Below, one piece after another: positions 20,579-30,491 of a stretch of DNA of 53,204 bases. A program made the translations under genes and the position numbers. Origin of the DNA: a virus (Duplodnaviria > Caudoviricetes); IMG/VR virus record IMGVR_UViG_3300020333_000061, positions 1-53,204 of that record. The stretch is one strand, 5' to 3'. Position 1 is the stretch's first letter. The number at the start of each line of letters is the position of its first letter. Below the pieces are notes generated by a model, which had not been told where the DNA came from, did no database searches, and saw only the letters and a program-made list of their open reading frames with translations.

Positions 20579-20579
20579 T

Positions 20580-21986
20580 ATGTCAGATACATTAATACAA
20601 TTCGGACATTCATTTCAGAAAAAAATAATGGTTTTATTATTATTCAATAGACGTTTTTTACAAACTATTAGTGATATTATTTTACCAGAATATTTTGATT
20701 CTGATGCTGATAAGTGGTTAGTAAGGACTATTAAGAAGTATTATGAAAAATATAAAGTAGAACCTACATTAGAAGCAATAAAAATACAAACAGATGATAT
20801 TACATCAGAAATGTTAAAAAAATCTGTTGTAGATAATTTAAGAGAAGCATTTCAACATAGAGAAGCACCAGATTTAGAATTTGTAGAAGAAAAAGTTATA
20901 GAATTTTGTAAAAATCAAAACTTAAAAAGTGCAATTATGGACTCGGTGGATATGCTAGAAAGACATGATTATGATGGTATAAAAACAGTTATAGATACTG
21001 CTATGAAAGCTGGTACTACAAAGGATTTAGGTCATGATTATGTAGAAGGATTAGAAGAGCGATTAACAAAATCTGTTAGAGATATAACTCCTACTGGTTG
21101 GGAAATAATAGATGAGATAATGGATGGTGGATTAGGTAAAGGTGAAATGGGAGTTTTAGTAGCTCCAGCGGGTATTGGTAAAACTTGGATGTTACAGAGA
21201 ATATCACATCATGCACTATGCATGGGTAAAAATGTTTTACATTACACTTTAGAATTAAATCAATCTTACGTTGGATTACGGTACGATACTATTTTTTCAG
21301 GAATTCCAACAAGTGAAATAAAATATCAAAAGGAAGCAGTTAGAAAGGCGTTGGAAAAGGCTAAAGGAAATTTGTTAATTAAATATTTTCCAACTAGATC
21401 AGCATCAGTTCAAACTTTAAATGCACATATGAGACAAGTAGAGTTAAGTGGGTTAAAACCAGATATTGTTATAGTTGATTATGCAGATATTATGAAAGAT
21501 ATTAGTGGTGGTAAGGAGTTACGACACCAATTAGGAAACATTTATGAAGATTTAAGGGGTCTTGCAGGTGAAATGGAAGTTCCTATATGGACCGCATCAC
21601 AAGCAAATCGTTCATCACTTGAAGAGGAAGTTATTGGAGCAGAAAAGGTTGCAGAATCTTACAGTAAGGTTATGACTGCGGATTTTGTTGTAAGTCTTAG
21701 TAGAAAAATTGAAGATAAAGCTAGTAATACTGCTAGATGTCACGTTATAAAAAATAGATTTGGTGTAGATGGTATAACATATCCATGTACTATGAATACA
21801 CATACTGGGTTGATAAATGTTCATAGACCATCTTCTAAAATGGGAGTAGAGTCTTCTAAAAAAATGAGAAGTGCAGAGGATTTTGTACGACAAACTGCTA
21901 GAAATGCTTATAGAGTATTAGGTCCAGATGCTCAAAAAAGTAGTGAAGAAAAAACTTCTGAAAAAAACTTAGATGGTTTTGAATAA
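20580..21986 (+). CDS. Replicative DnaB-like helicase (gp41-like)
   Basis: APAGIGKT, YTLEL, IVDYAD, WTASQANR, IKNRFG. Confidence 0.92.
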   Translation: MSDTLIQFGHSFQKKIMVLLLFNRRFLQTISDIILPEYFDSDADKWLVRTIKKYYEKYKVEPTLEAIKIQTDDITSEMLKKSVVDNLREAFQHREAPDLEFVEEKVIEFCKNQNLKSAIMDSVDMLERHDYDGIKTVIDTAMKAGTTKDLGHDYVEGLEERLTKSVRDITPTGWEIIDEIMDGGLGKGEMGVLVAPAGIGKTWMLQRISHHALCMGKNVLHYTLELNQSYVGLRYDTIFSGIPTSEIKYQKEAVRKALEKAKGNLLIKYFPTRSASVQTLNAHMRQVELSGLKPDIVIVDYADIMKDISGGKELRHQLGNIYEDLRGLAGEMEVPIWTASQANRSSLEEEVIGAEKVAESYSKVMTADFVVSLSRKIEDKASNTARCHVIKNRFGVDGITYPCTMNTHTGLINVHRPSSKMGVESSKKMRSAEDFVRQTARNAYRVLGPDAQKSSEEKTSEKNLDGFE

Positions 21987-22061
21987 AGTTGTAAAATTCA
22001 TAGTTATATTTTAATATATATTGTATTTATTATTGGCGATGGTAAAAAAATTTATTAATAT

Positions 22062-22089
22062 TGGGGAAGAAATTTTTCCCTACTTTTAT
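22062..22089 (+). terminator. Possible intrinsic terminator/attenuator hairpin
   Basis: TGGGGAAGA-AAT-TTTTCCCTA stem-loop (two G-U pairs) followed by CTTTTAT. Confidence 0.35.
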
Positions 22090-22102
22090 ATTGGGAATAA
22101 TT

Positions 22103-22258
22103 TTGGGAAGAAAGAGAATATACCGTACTAAAAAAGAGCAATTAGATGCTAGACGAACAAGGCAACGGAGATATTATTGGAAAAATAGAGAGTCTATTTT
22201 GGAAAAAAAGAAGAAGGCTTATTGGTTAAAAAAATATAAAGTTTATGAGGAGTTGTAG
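22103..22258 (+). CDS. Small basic helical protein, paralog of 18054-18236 (TTG start inferred)
   Basis: (M)GRKRIYRTKKEQLDARR aligns with MGRIRKYFTKKEQREAQR; stop overlaps the GTG start of the RNR. Confidence 0.6.
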   Translation: MGRKRIYRTKKEQLDARRTRQRRYYWKNRESILEKKKKAYWLKKYKVYEEL

Positions 22259-24249
22259 TGGAAGAATTTAAGTTATCACAAAAGTTTATAAATAAATATA
22301 AAAGAAAAAAGCCCCCATTTGGTTTTAATGGTTTAGGTGAATTAGTTTATATGAGGACATATTCTCGTATTAAAAAAAATGGTAAAAATGAGAGATGGTG
22401 GGAAACTATTAAAAGGGTTGTAGAAGGCACTTATTCTATGCAAATGAATTGGATAAATCAACATCAATTAGGGTGGAATCCGTGGCAAGCTCAGAAGTCG
22501 GCTCAAGAAATGTATGATAGAATATTTACTATGAAATTTTTGCCACCTGGCCGAGGACTTTGGGCTATGGGAACACCAATCACCGAAGAAAAAGGCTTGT
22601 ACGCCGCCCTTAACAATTGTGCATTTGTATCTACAGGTACACTCAAAGAAGATTACGCAAAACCATTTTGTTTTCTTATGGATGCATCAATGTTAGGTGT
22701 AGGAGTTGGTTTTGATACAAAGGGTGCTGGTGAAATTATAGTCAAAGGTATAAATAAAAGTAGACAAGAAGAAACATTTGTCATTCCAGATACAAGAGAA
22801 GGTTGGGTAGAATCTTTAAGATTGTTATTAGAAAGTTATTTCCATGAAACTGCATCTATAGTTTTTGATTATACAAAAATTAGAGCAGAAGGTGAACCAA
22901 TTAAAGGTTTTGGTGGAGTATCAAGTGGACATGAACCACTAAAAGAAATACACAAAGATATTAGAGAAGTATTAGAAAGAAATTCAGGAGAACCTATTTC
23001 AGTTACTACGATCGTAGATATAATGAACCTAATTGGTAAATGTGTAGTGGCAGGGAACGTAAGACGAACAGCAGAGATTGTGTTTGGTGATGCAGAGTCA
23101 GAAGAATATTTAGATTTAAAAAATTATAAAGTAAATAAACATAGAGAAACTTATGGATGGACTTCAAACAATTCAGTATTTGCAGAACTTGGTATGGATT
23201 ATACTGATATTTGTAAAAGAATTACAGATAATGGAGAACCAGGGTTAGCGTGGTTAGATAATATGAGACATTATTCTCGTATGAAAAATGGTGGTGATGA
23301 TAAAGACCATAGAGTAGCTGGTGGTAATCCTTGTCTTGAACAATCACTTGAATCATATGAGTTATGTTGTTTAGTAGAAACATTTCCATCTAATCATGAG
23401 TCATTAGAAGATTATAAAAGAACACTTAAATATGCTTACTTGTATGCAAAAACAGTTACATTAGGTAAAACCCACTGGTCGGATACGAATAGGGTTATGT
23501 TACGTAACCGAAGAATCGGTTGTTCAGTTAGTGGCGTTGCGCAATTTATCACAAAACACGGAATGGAAGAGTTAAGGAAATGGTTAGAAGATGGGTATGA
23601 TACAATACAAGATTGGGATTGTATTTATTCTGATTGGTTTGCAATACCCAAATCAATTAAAACCACTTCAGTTAAACCAAGTGGCACAGTTTCCCTTTTG
23701 GCTGGAGCTACACCAGGTTTACATTATCCTGAAAGTCGTTTCTATATAAGAAGAATGAGATTGTCAAATCAGTCTGATTTAATAGAACCTTTGGAAAAGG
23801 CGAATTATCATATAGAACCAGCATTTGGTTCCGAGGATACTACTAAGGTTGTAGAAATTCCTGTTGATGTGGGTGAGGGGATCAGAACAGCTAACGAATT
23901 GTCAATTTGGGAACAATTTAGTTTAGCTGCATTTATGCAACGCCACTGGGCTGACAATCAAGTTAGTTGTACAGCAACATTTGACCCTGATACAGAGTCA
24001 ACTGAACTACCACACGTTTTAAATTATTTTCAGTATTATTTAAAAGGTATTTCATTATTACCTAGATTAAATGGTGGTGCATATAAACAAATGCCTTATG
24101 AAGCAATAGATGAAAAAACATATCATTTTGAAGTTGAGAGACTTGGGTATTTAAGTTTTGTTGGAGTTGAAGGAGAACAAGCTGAAGTGGATAAGTTTTG
24201 TAATAACGATGTATGTGATATCCCAGGAGAAGAGTTTTATGAAGCATAA
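22258..24249 (+). CDS. nrdJ: Class II (adenosylcobalamin-dependent) ribonucleotide reductase, monomeric type
   Basis: PPGRGLW, LNNC, GNVRRTAE, NPCLEQ, VKPSGTVS, C-terminal FCNNDVC; no small subunit nearby. Confidence 0.92.
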   Translation: MEEFKLSQKFINKYKRKKPPFGFNGLGELVYMRTYSRIKKNGKNERWWETIKRVVEGTYSMQMNWINQHQLGWNPWQAQKSAQEMYDRIFTMKFLPPGRGLWAMGTPITEEKGLYAALNNCAFVSTGTLKEDYAKPFCFLMDASMLGVGVGFDTKGAGEIIVKGINKSRQEETFVIPDTREGWVESLRLLLESYFHETASIVFDYTKIRAEGEPIKGFGGVSSGHEPLKEIHKDIREVLERNSGEPISVTTIVDIMNLIGKCVVAGNVRRTAEIVFGDAESEEYLDLKNYKVNKHRETYGWTSNNSVFAELGMDYTDICKRITDNGEPGLAWLDNMRHYSRMKNGGDDKDHRVAGGNPCLEQSLESYELCCLVETFPSNHESLEDYKRTLKYAYLYAKTVTLGKTHWSDTNRVMLRNRRIGCSVSGVAQFITKHGMEELRKWLEDGYDTIQDWDCIYSDWFAIPKSIKTTSVKPSGTVSLLAGATPGLHYPESRFYIRRMRLSNQSDLIEPLEKANYHIEPAFGSEDTTKVVEIPVDVGEGIRTANELSIWEQFSLAAFMQRHWADNQVSCTATFDPDTESTELPHVLNYFQYYLKGISLLPRLNGGAYKQMPYEAIDEKTYHFEVERLGYLSFVGVEGEQAEVDKFCNNDVCDIPGEEFYEA

Positions 24250-25351
24250 GTTAGAATATATATGGTTAGATGGTACAGAACCAACAACACAATTAAGAAG
24301 CAAAACCAAAATTGTATCAGATTTTATAAATGAATCTAGGTCAAATGTTTTAACAAAAACATCATATGGAGAAGCACCAATATGGGGATTTGATGGTAGT
24401 TCTACAAACCAAGCAGAAGGAAGTGATTCCGATTGTGTATTACAACCTGTTAGAGTTTATCGTAACCCATTAGAACCAGCTAGTTCTTTAGTACTTTGTG
24501 AGGTATGGAATGTAGATTATACACCGCATGAAACAAATACAAGAAACAAGTTAGTTGATATTTTAGAAAGTTTAAGTGAGGACCCAGAAGAATGGGTAGG
24601 GTTTGAGCAAGAATATACTTTATATAAAAATGGGATCCCTTTAGGTTGGCCAGAAACAGGAGAACCAGCAGAACAGGGAGATTACTATTGTGGTAGAAAT
24701 GCAGGAGAAGGAATTATAACAGAACATACAAACGCTTGTATTGAAGCAGATATAAGTATCTGTGGAACTAATGCAGAAGTGATGTTAGGTCAATGGGAAT
24801 ATCAGATAGGAGCAGGAAGTTCTTTAAAAATGAGTGATGATTTATGGGTAGCCCGTTGGTTAATGGAAAAGATATGTTATAAGCATGGTTTAACAGTTTC
24901 ATTAGACCCAAAACCAATAGAAGGTGATTGGAATGGAGCAGGTTGCCATACTAATTTTTCTACAAAATGGATGAGGCATGGAGTGTCAGGGTGGTATAGA
25001 GGAAAAAGATTAACTTCAAGAAATGTATCTGGAGATAAAAATTTGAGATCAGTTGATGGTGAAACTTGGGATGGTTTAGAAGAAATTGAGAAACACATTC
25101 CTGAATTGGAAAAAAATCATAAAGAACATATGGAAGTTTATGGAAAAGGAAACGAAAGACGATTAACAGGATTACACGAAACTCAAGCTATAGATAAATT
25201 TAGTAGCGGAGTTTCAGACAGAGGTGCATCTATTCGTATTCCTTGGCAAGTAGCTAAAGATAAATGTGGTTATTTAGAAGATAGACGACCATCAGCTAAT
25301 TGTGATCCATATGAAGTTTCACAAAAATTAATTGAGACTATTTGTAAATAG
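24239..25351 (+). CDS. glnII: Glutamine synthetase type II
   Basis: EYIWLDG, WGFDGSST, FEQEY, YYCG, NAEVM.GQWEYQIG, PKPI.GDWNGAGCHTNFST, RLTGLHET, YLEDRRP; start moved to ATG 24239 behind AGGAGA. Confidence 0.93.
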   Translation: MKHKLEYIWLDGTEPTTQLRSKTKIVSDFINESRSNVLTKTSYGEAPIWGFDGSSTNQAEGSDSDCVLQPVRVYRNPLEPASSLVLCEVWNVDYTPHETNTRNKLVDILESLSEDPEEWVGFEQEYTLYKNGIPLGWPETGEPAEQGDYYCGRNAGEGIITEHTNACIEADISICGTNAEVMLGQWEYQIGAGSSLKMSDDLWVARWLMEKICYKHGLTVSLDPKPIEGDWNGAGCHTNFSTKWMRHGVSGWYRGKRLTSRNVSGDKNLRSVDGETWDGLEEIEKHIPELEKNHKEHMEVYGKGNERRLTGLHETQAIDKFSSGVSDRGASIRIPWQVAKDKCGYLEDRRPSANCDPYEVSQKLIETICK

Positions 25352-25354
25352 TAC

Positions 25355-25384
25355 TTGACTTGTATAGGGTTTTATTAGTATATT
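25355..25384 (+). promoter_or_regulatory. Sigma70-type promoter of the DNA polymerase gene
   Basis: TTGACT-N18-TATATT, then SD GGAG and TTG start at 25414. Confidence 0.6.
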
Positions 25385-25413
25385 CACATATGTTAAATTG
25401 GAGAAATACATAG

Positions 25414-27969
25414 TTGTACCAAAACGTATATTTTGATGGAAGAACAATTCATCTTTGGGATGATAAATTAGGTTATAAGAAATTTTCTAATAAAAGATAT
25501 GCTTATTTACCAAATAAAAATGGTAAATTTATAGCATTGGATGGTACTAGGGTCAATAAAGTTTTTAGATATGATAAAAAGGACTCTAACTTATATGAAA
25601 GTGATGTGCCCGCAGTTACTAGGGCATTAGTTGATAATTATACTCAAAGTGATGAGCCATCTATTGGACATAAAGTTATGGTGTTTGATATTGAGGTAGA
25701 AGTTACAGATGGATTTCCATCACCATCAAAGGCAGAAAATAAAATAACTTCTATTGCATTATGGGATAGTCTTACAGATGAATATTATTGTTATGTTTTA
25801 GATCCAGAGAATAAACTTGAGATTGAATCAGAAGACAGAGTATTAAAAAGTGGTAATAATACTATACTTGGTTATAAATCAGAAGTTGAGATGTTAAATG
25901 CATTTTTTGGAAAGTATTATGAGATAAGACCAACAATACTTACTGGATGGAATATAGATAACTTTGATATACCATATTTGTACAATAGGGCTACTCAATT
26001 ACTAGGTTCTGAAATATCTAATTTATTATCACCAATCGGAATTGTAAAATATTCAGAATATAGACAAAAATTTGAGGTAGCTGGAGTAGCTTCTTTAGAT
26101 TATTTAGGTATATATAAGAAATTTACACCTAATGAAGTTAGTAGTTATAGATTAGATAATGTGGGTGAAAATGAAGTAGGTCTTAAAAAAGTATCTTATG
26201 AAGGAACACTTAATGATTTATATGAAAATAATAGAAAGACATTTGTTAAGTATAACTTAAATGACGTTAAAATTGTTGTTGAATTAGATAAGAAGTTAGA
26301 TTATATTGAAATATCACGTGGTATATGTCATATAGGTCATGTATCATATGAAGATATTTACGCAAGTTCACGTTATTTAGAGGGGGCTATTTTAACTTAT
26401 TGTAAAAAGAGAAATATTGTAGTACCTAACAAGAATCCGTATGGTAGACAAATGATGGGTCAAGATGATAAGTTTGCAGGAGCGTATGTACAGGATCCAA
26501 TTAGAGGTAGACATGAATGGGTATATGATTTGGATGTAACTTCTATGTATCCAAGTGTTATTCGTAGTTTGAATATATCACCAGAAACCAAAGTTGGTAA
26601 AGTTTTGGGGTGGGATGCTGAAGAATTTATAAAGAAAGATAATGTAAAAACTTATACATTAATGAGTGGTAAAGAGGAAATTTGTAAATATAGTGAAACA
26701 GAATTAAAAAATTATTTGAATGAAACTAATGTTTCTATAGGATCTAATGGAGTGTTATATAGAATGGATAAAGAAGGATTGATTCCTGCTATTTTGTCAC
26801 AATGGTTTGATACACGGGTAGAATATAGAAAATTAGCAAAGCAATTTCATGAAGAAGGAAATGAACAACAGTTTCAATATTATGATAGACGACAATATTT
26901 ACAGAAGATTTTGTTAAATTCTTTATATGGAGTATTGGGATTACCTGTTTTTAGGTTTTATGATGTAGATAATGCTGAAGCTACTACTTTGACAGGACAA
27001 GAACTTATAAAATTTAGTAAAAAACTTGTTAATCTGTATTATAATAAAGAATTGGGAACAAAGGATGAAAATTATGTTATCTATATAGATACAGATTCTA
27101 TTTTTGCATCAGCTACACCATTGGTTAAATCACGACATAAAGGAATTGATACTAACGCTGAAGCGATTATGACACAACATATTCTTAACATAGCTGATGA
27201 AATTCAGGGATTTTTGAATCAGAGTTATGATTTATTTGCTAAGAAATTTTGTAATTTAGATAAACATTATTATGAAATTAAACAGGAAGTTATAGCTAGG
27301 TCTGCATTTTTTATAGTTAAAAAGAGATATGGAATGCGAATTATACATGATTCAGGACGTAAAGTAAATAAAATTCAGGTTAAAGGGTTGGATACTGTAC
27401 GTAGTAGTTTTGCGGTGGCTATGAAGAATTTATTGTCAGAAATTTTAGATGATATTTTAGGAGCAGTACCTAAAGAAAAGATTGATGAAAGGATTTTTAC
27501 ATTTAAAAAGGCAATGAAGGCTATGGATTATAATGAAATTTCATCACCAACTGGCGTAAAACGGATAGATAAATTTGAATGTAGTATTGATAGAGATAGT
27601 GGATTACCAGTAAATATTCCTGGTGGAAAATTGATTACTACATATTATGAAAAAGCTACACCAGTTCATGTTAAGGCTTCTATGGCATATAATGATATGT
27701 TAGAATATTATAATATAAAAAGATATCCTAAAATATCTAACGGAGAAAAGATTAAATGGGTGTATTTAAAACAAAATCCTTTAAATTTAAATACTATAGC
27801 ATATAAAGGGTATGATGATCCACCTGAGATTTTAAAATATATAAAAACTTATATAGATGTAGACAAAATGTATAAGCAAGCTTTAAGTAAAAAAATTGAT
27901 ATGTTTTATCAAGCTATGAGTTGGGATAATCCAGTTGATAAAAGATATACTTTAGAGAAGTTTTTTTAA
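25414..27969 (+). CDS. Family B DNA polymerase with 3'-5' exonuclease (gp43-like)
   Basis: FDIEV, GWNIDNFDIPY, YNLND, DVTSMYPS, KILLNSLYG, YIDTDS, KKRY. Confidence 0.96.
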   Translation: MYQNVYFDGRTIHLWDDKLGYKKFSNKRYAYLPNKNGKFIALDGTRVNKVFRYDKKDSNLYESDVPAVTRALVDNYTQSDEPSIGHKVMVFDIEVEVTDGFPSPSKAENKITSIALWDSLTDEYYCYVLDPENKLEIESEDRVLKSGNNTILGYKSEVEMLNAFFGKYYEIRPTILTGWNIDNFDIPYLYNRATQLLGSEISNLLSPIGIVKYSEYRQKFEVAGVASLDYLGIYKKFTPNEVSSYRLDNVGENEVGLKKVSYEGTLNDLYENNRKTFVKYNLNDVKIVVELDKKLDYIEISRGICHIGHVSYEDIYASSRYLEGAILTYCKKRNIVVPNKNPYGRQMMGQDDKFAGAYVQDPIRGRHEWVYDLDVTSMYPSVIRSLNISPETKVGKVLGWDAEEFIKKDNVKTYTLMSGKEEICKYSETELKNYLNETNVSIGSNGVLYRMDKEGLIPAILSQWFDTRVEYRKLAKQFHEEGNEQQFQYYDRRQYLQKILLNSLYGVLGLPVFRFYDVDNAEATTLTGQELIKFSKKLVNLYYNKELGTKDENYVIYIDTDSIFASATPLVKSRHKGIDTNAEAIMTQHILNIADEIQGFLNQSYDLFAKKFCNLDKHYYEIKQEVIARSAFFIVKKRYGMRIIHDSGRKVNKIQVKGLDTVRSSFAVAMKNLLSEILDDILGAVPKEKIDERIFTFKKAMKAMDYNEISSPTGVKRIDKFECSIDRDSGLPVNIPGGKLITTYYEKATPVHVKASMAYNDMLEYYNIKRYPKISNGEKIKWVYLKQNPLNLNTIAYKGYDDPPEILKYIKTYIDVDKMYKQALSKKIDMFYQAMSWDNPVDKRYTLEKFF

Positions 27970-27977
27970 ATTTTGAG

Positions 27978-28040
27978 AATGGTAAATGATATATATGTAT
28001 ATATACCATTTTAAATTAATAAATAACAAATAGGAGATGT
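27978..28040 (+). promoter_or_regulatory. Leader of sliding clamp: inverted repeat around an ATATATATGTATATAT element, SD
   Basis: AATGGTA (27978-27984)/TACCATT (28004-28010); 16-mer also present at 48273-48288; SD AGGAG. Confidence 0.45.
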
Positions 28041-28046
28041 AAAATA

Positions 28047-28772
28047 ATGAATAAAGTACTTTTAGAAAGATTCATTAATAAGTATTCACTTGGAGATAGT
28101 GTACAATCAGTAATACTTACAATAAAAGATAATGTTTTAACTACAGAATTCATCACTCCCGAAAAATCACTTTTAGGAAAATTAGCATTAAATGATTTTC
28201 AATTTGAAGATATTGAATTGGGAATTTATAATACTGCACAATTTTCACGTATGTTAAATGTGTTGGGAGAAGATGTTAAGTTAAATGTATTGAGGTCTGA
28301 AGATACTGCGATATCTGTCAAGTTAGAGGATGTAAATGCTAGTATAAATTATATGTTGAGTGATAAAACGGTCATTCCTCAGGTACCAGAAATGAAAAAT
28401 GTACCAGAATTTCAACTTACACTAGAGATTGATAGTAATTTTGTATCTAGATTTATAGCAAGTAAAAATGCTTTAACAGATAAAGAAACATTTACAATAG
28501 TTACAGATAAAGATAGAGAATCGTGTGATTGTATACTAGGATATTCAAGTATAAATTCAGATAGAATTACAATACCAGTTAATGTAGATCAATTTAATGA
28601 TATGGATTTATTATCATTTAATGCAGATCTTTTTGGGAAAATTCTACAAGCTAATAAAGAATGTAGTAAAGGTAAATTAGAAATTTCTGCACAAGGACTT
28701 GCTAGAGTTACATTTAAGGTAGATAATTATCACGTAGTTTATAATTTAGTAGCGACACAAAGTGCGGACTAA
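28047..28772 (+). CDS. Sliding clamp (gp45/PCNA-like)
   Basis: 241 aa, two-domain beta-rich pattern (LGIYNT.QF..ML; LEISAQGL..V.F....YNLV); between polymerase and clamp loader. Confidence 0.75.
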   Translation: MNKVLLERFINKYSLGDSVQSVILTIKDNVLTTEFITPEKSLLGKLALNDFQFEDIELGIYNTAQFSRMLNVLGEDVKLNVLRSEDTAISVKLEDVNASINYMLSDKTVIPQVPEMKNVPEFQLTLEIDSNFVSRFIASKNALTDKETFTIVTDKDRESCDCILGYSSINSDRITIPVNVDQFNDMDLLSFNADLFGKILQANKECSKGKLEISAQGLARVTFKVDNYHVVYNLVATQSAD

Positions 28773-29574
28773 TCATATATACAATGTAGATTGTATAGAG
28801 GGTCTTAAAAAACATATATTAGATAATTCTATAGATCTTTGTGTTACTTCACCACCATATAATGTTGGTATAGAGTATGATAATTGGAATGATTGTTTAA
28901 GATTAGATGATTATATGCAATTTTCTAAAGATTGGTTGACAGAAGTTTATAGAGTTCTGAAACCAGATGGGAGAATTGCAGTTAATATTCCATATGAAGT
29001 TAATATGAAAAAACTTGGGGGACATAATAGAGTTTACATATCATCTGAATATCATCAAATGATGAAGGATATTGGTTTTGGTTTTGGTGGAATTGCAGAT
29101 TTGGTTGAAAAAGCACCTCAAAAAGTAAAATATTCTGCATGGGGCAGTTGGTTATCAGCGTCTGCTCCTTATATGCACAATCCAAAAGAATGTGTATTGA
29201 TAGGTTATAAAGACCAATGGAAAAAGTTAGAAAAAGGTGAATCTTACTGGACTGATTCAGATGAAGATAAAAAAGGATTTATGGAAGTTGTATCTGGATT
29301 GTGGAATTACTTTGCAGAAACTCGTGGAATGACAGAAGCAAATTTTAGTCTTGATATACCAGTTAGGGCTATTAAATTTATGACATACAAAGATGATATA
29401 GTATTGGATCCATTTATGGGAAGTGGTACTACAGCAGTAGCATCAACAAATTTAGATAGAAAGTATATAGGATTTGAAATTTCAAAAGATTATTGTAAGA
29501 TAGCAAGGTCTAGAATTTTAAAAGAAAAAATAAAAATAGAAACTGCAGAGAAGGGATTTGAATTTTGGAAATAG
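28762..29574 (+). CDS. DNA amino-methyltransferase (N4C/N6A, beta class; GTG start)
   Basis: TSPPYNVG, RVLKPDGR, LDPFMGSGTT. Confidence 0.92.
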   Translation: MRTNHIYNVDCIEGLKKHILDNSIDLCVTSPPYNVGIEYDNWNDCLRLDDYMQFSKDWLTEVYRVLKPDGRIAVNIPYEVNMKKLGGHNRVYISSEYHQMMKDIGFGFGGIADLVEKAPQKVKYSAWGSWLSASAPYMHNPKECVLIGYKDQWKKLEKGESYWTDSDEDKKGFMEVVSGLWNYFAETRGMTEANFSLDIPVRAIKFMTYKDDIVLDPFMGSGTTAVASTNLDRKYIGFEISKDYCKIARSRILKEKIKIETAEKGFEFWK

Positions 29575-30491
29575 AACATCACGGTATTTGGAATGAAAAG
29601 TATCGACCGACTTCTTTGGATACTTATATCGGGAATGAACATTTAAAGTCTAAAGTTAGGATTTTTATAGAAACAAATGACCCGCCTCATTTATTATTTT
29701 ATGGAAGGGCAGGCACAGGTAAGACTACACTTTCAAAGATTATTACAAAGTCTATAGATTGTGAATGTTTGTATATAAATGCATCTGATGAGAATAGTGT
29801 AGATACTGTTAGAGATAAAGTTAAAGGTTTTGCGTCTACATTAGGATTTCAGTCGTTAAAAGTTATAATATTAGATGAGTGTGATTATATCACACCAAAT
29901 GCTCAAGCAGCATTAAGAAACCTAATGGAAACATTTAGTAGACATTGTAGGTTTATTCTAACTTGTAATTATGTAGAGAGAATTATAGACCCAATACAAT
30001 CTAGGTGTCAATCATTTCAGATAGTACCACCATCCAAAAAAGAAGTGGCAGTACATTTATCTGAAATATTAACTAATGAGAATGTAAAATTTGAAGTGGA
30101 TGATATAGCTACAATTATTAATGGAGCATATCCAGATATAAGAAAGGTTATAAATACATCACAAAGACAGGTTGTAGATGGTATTTTACGGATGGATGCT
30201 AGAGAGGTTATTTTAAATGATTATAAGTTACAAATATTAGAAGTTTTAAAATCAAGTAAATCTAAAAAAGAAACATTTAGTGAAATACGACAAATATTAG
30301 CGGACGCAAAGGTTACAGACTTTGCAGATTTTTTTAGATTACTATATGATGAAGTTGATAATTATGGTAGTGGACATATTGCCGAAATTATTTTATTGAT
30401 AGCTAAATATGAACAATCAGATAGTCAGGTAGTTGATAAGGAAATCAATGCTATGGCTATGTTAATTGAAATATTACAGGAAATAAGATGA
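29565..30491 (+). CDS. Clamp loader ATPase subunit (RFC/gp44-like; TTG start)
   Basis: W.EKYRP, GRAGTGKTT, INASDE, LDECD, AQAALR, QSRC. Confidence 0.94.
   Translation: MEIEHHGIWNEKYRPTSLDTYIGNEHLKSKVRIFIETNDPPHLLFYGRAGTGKTTLSKIITKSIDCECLYINASDENSVDTVRDKVKGFASTLGFQSLKVIILDECDYITPNAQAALRNLMETFSRHCRFILTCNYVERIIDPIQSRCQSFQIVPPSKKEVAVHLSEILTNENVKFEVDDIATIINGAYPDIRKVINTSQRQVVDGILRMDAREVILNDYKLQILEVLKSSKSKKETFSEIRQILADAKVTDFADFFRLLYDEVDNYGSGHIAEIILLIAKYEQSDSQVVDKEINAMAMLIEILQEIR

Noticed and set aside
21987-22257. Cobalamin riboswitch upstream of nrdJ
   Set aside because: Gap is short and very AT-rich, and no B12-box was recognised; an Infernal/Rfam scan would settle it.
24158-24238. Upstream extensions given by the ORF track (also 16991, 19061, 22061, 34367, 40905, 50144)
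   Set aside because: They overlap the preceding gene; downstream starts fit family N-termini or SD position better.
20580-27969. Inteins or introns in helicase, RNR or polymerase
   Set aside because: Proteins are of normal length with contiguous motifs.
20420-29429. Identical 23-mer GATCCATTTATGGGAAGTGGTAC at 20420-20442 and 29407-29429
   Set aside because: Encodes the conserved DPFMGSGT motif of both methyltransferases under strong codon bias; not evidence of a mobile-element boundary.
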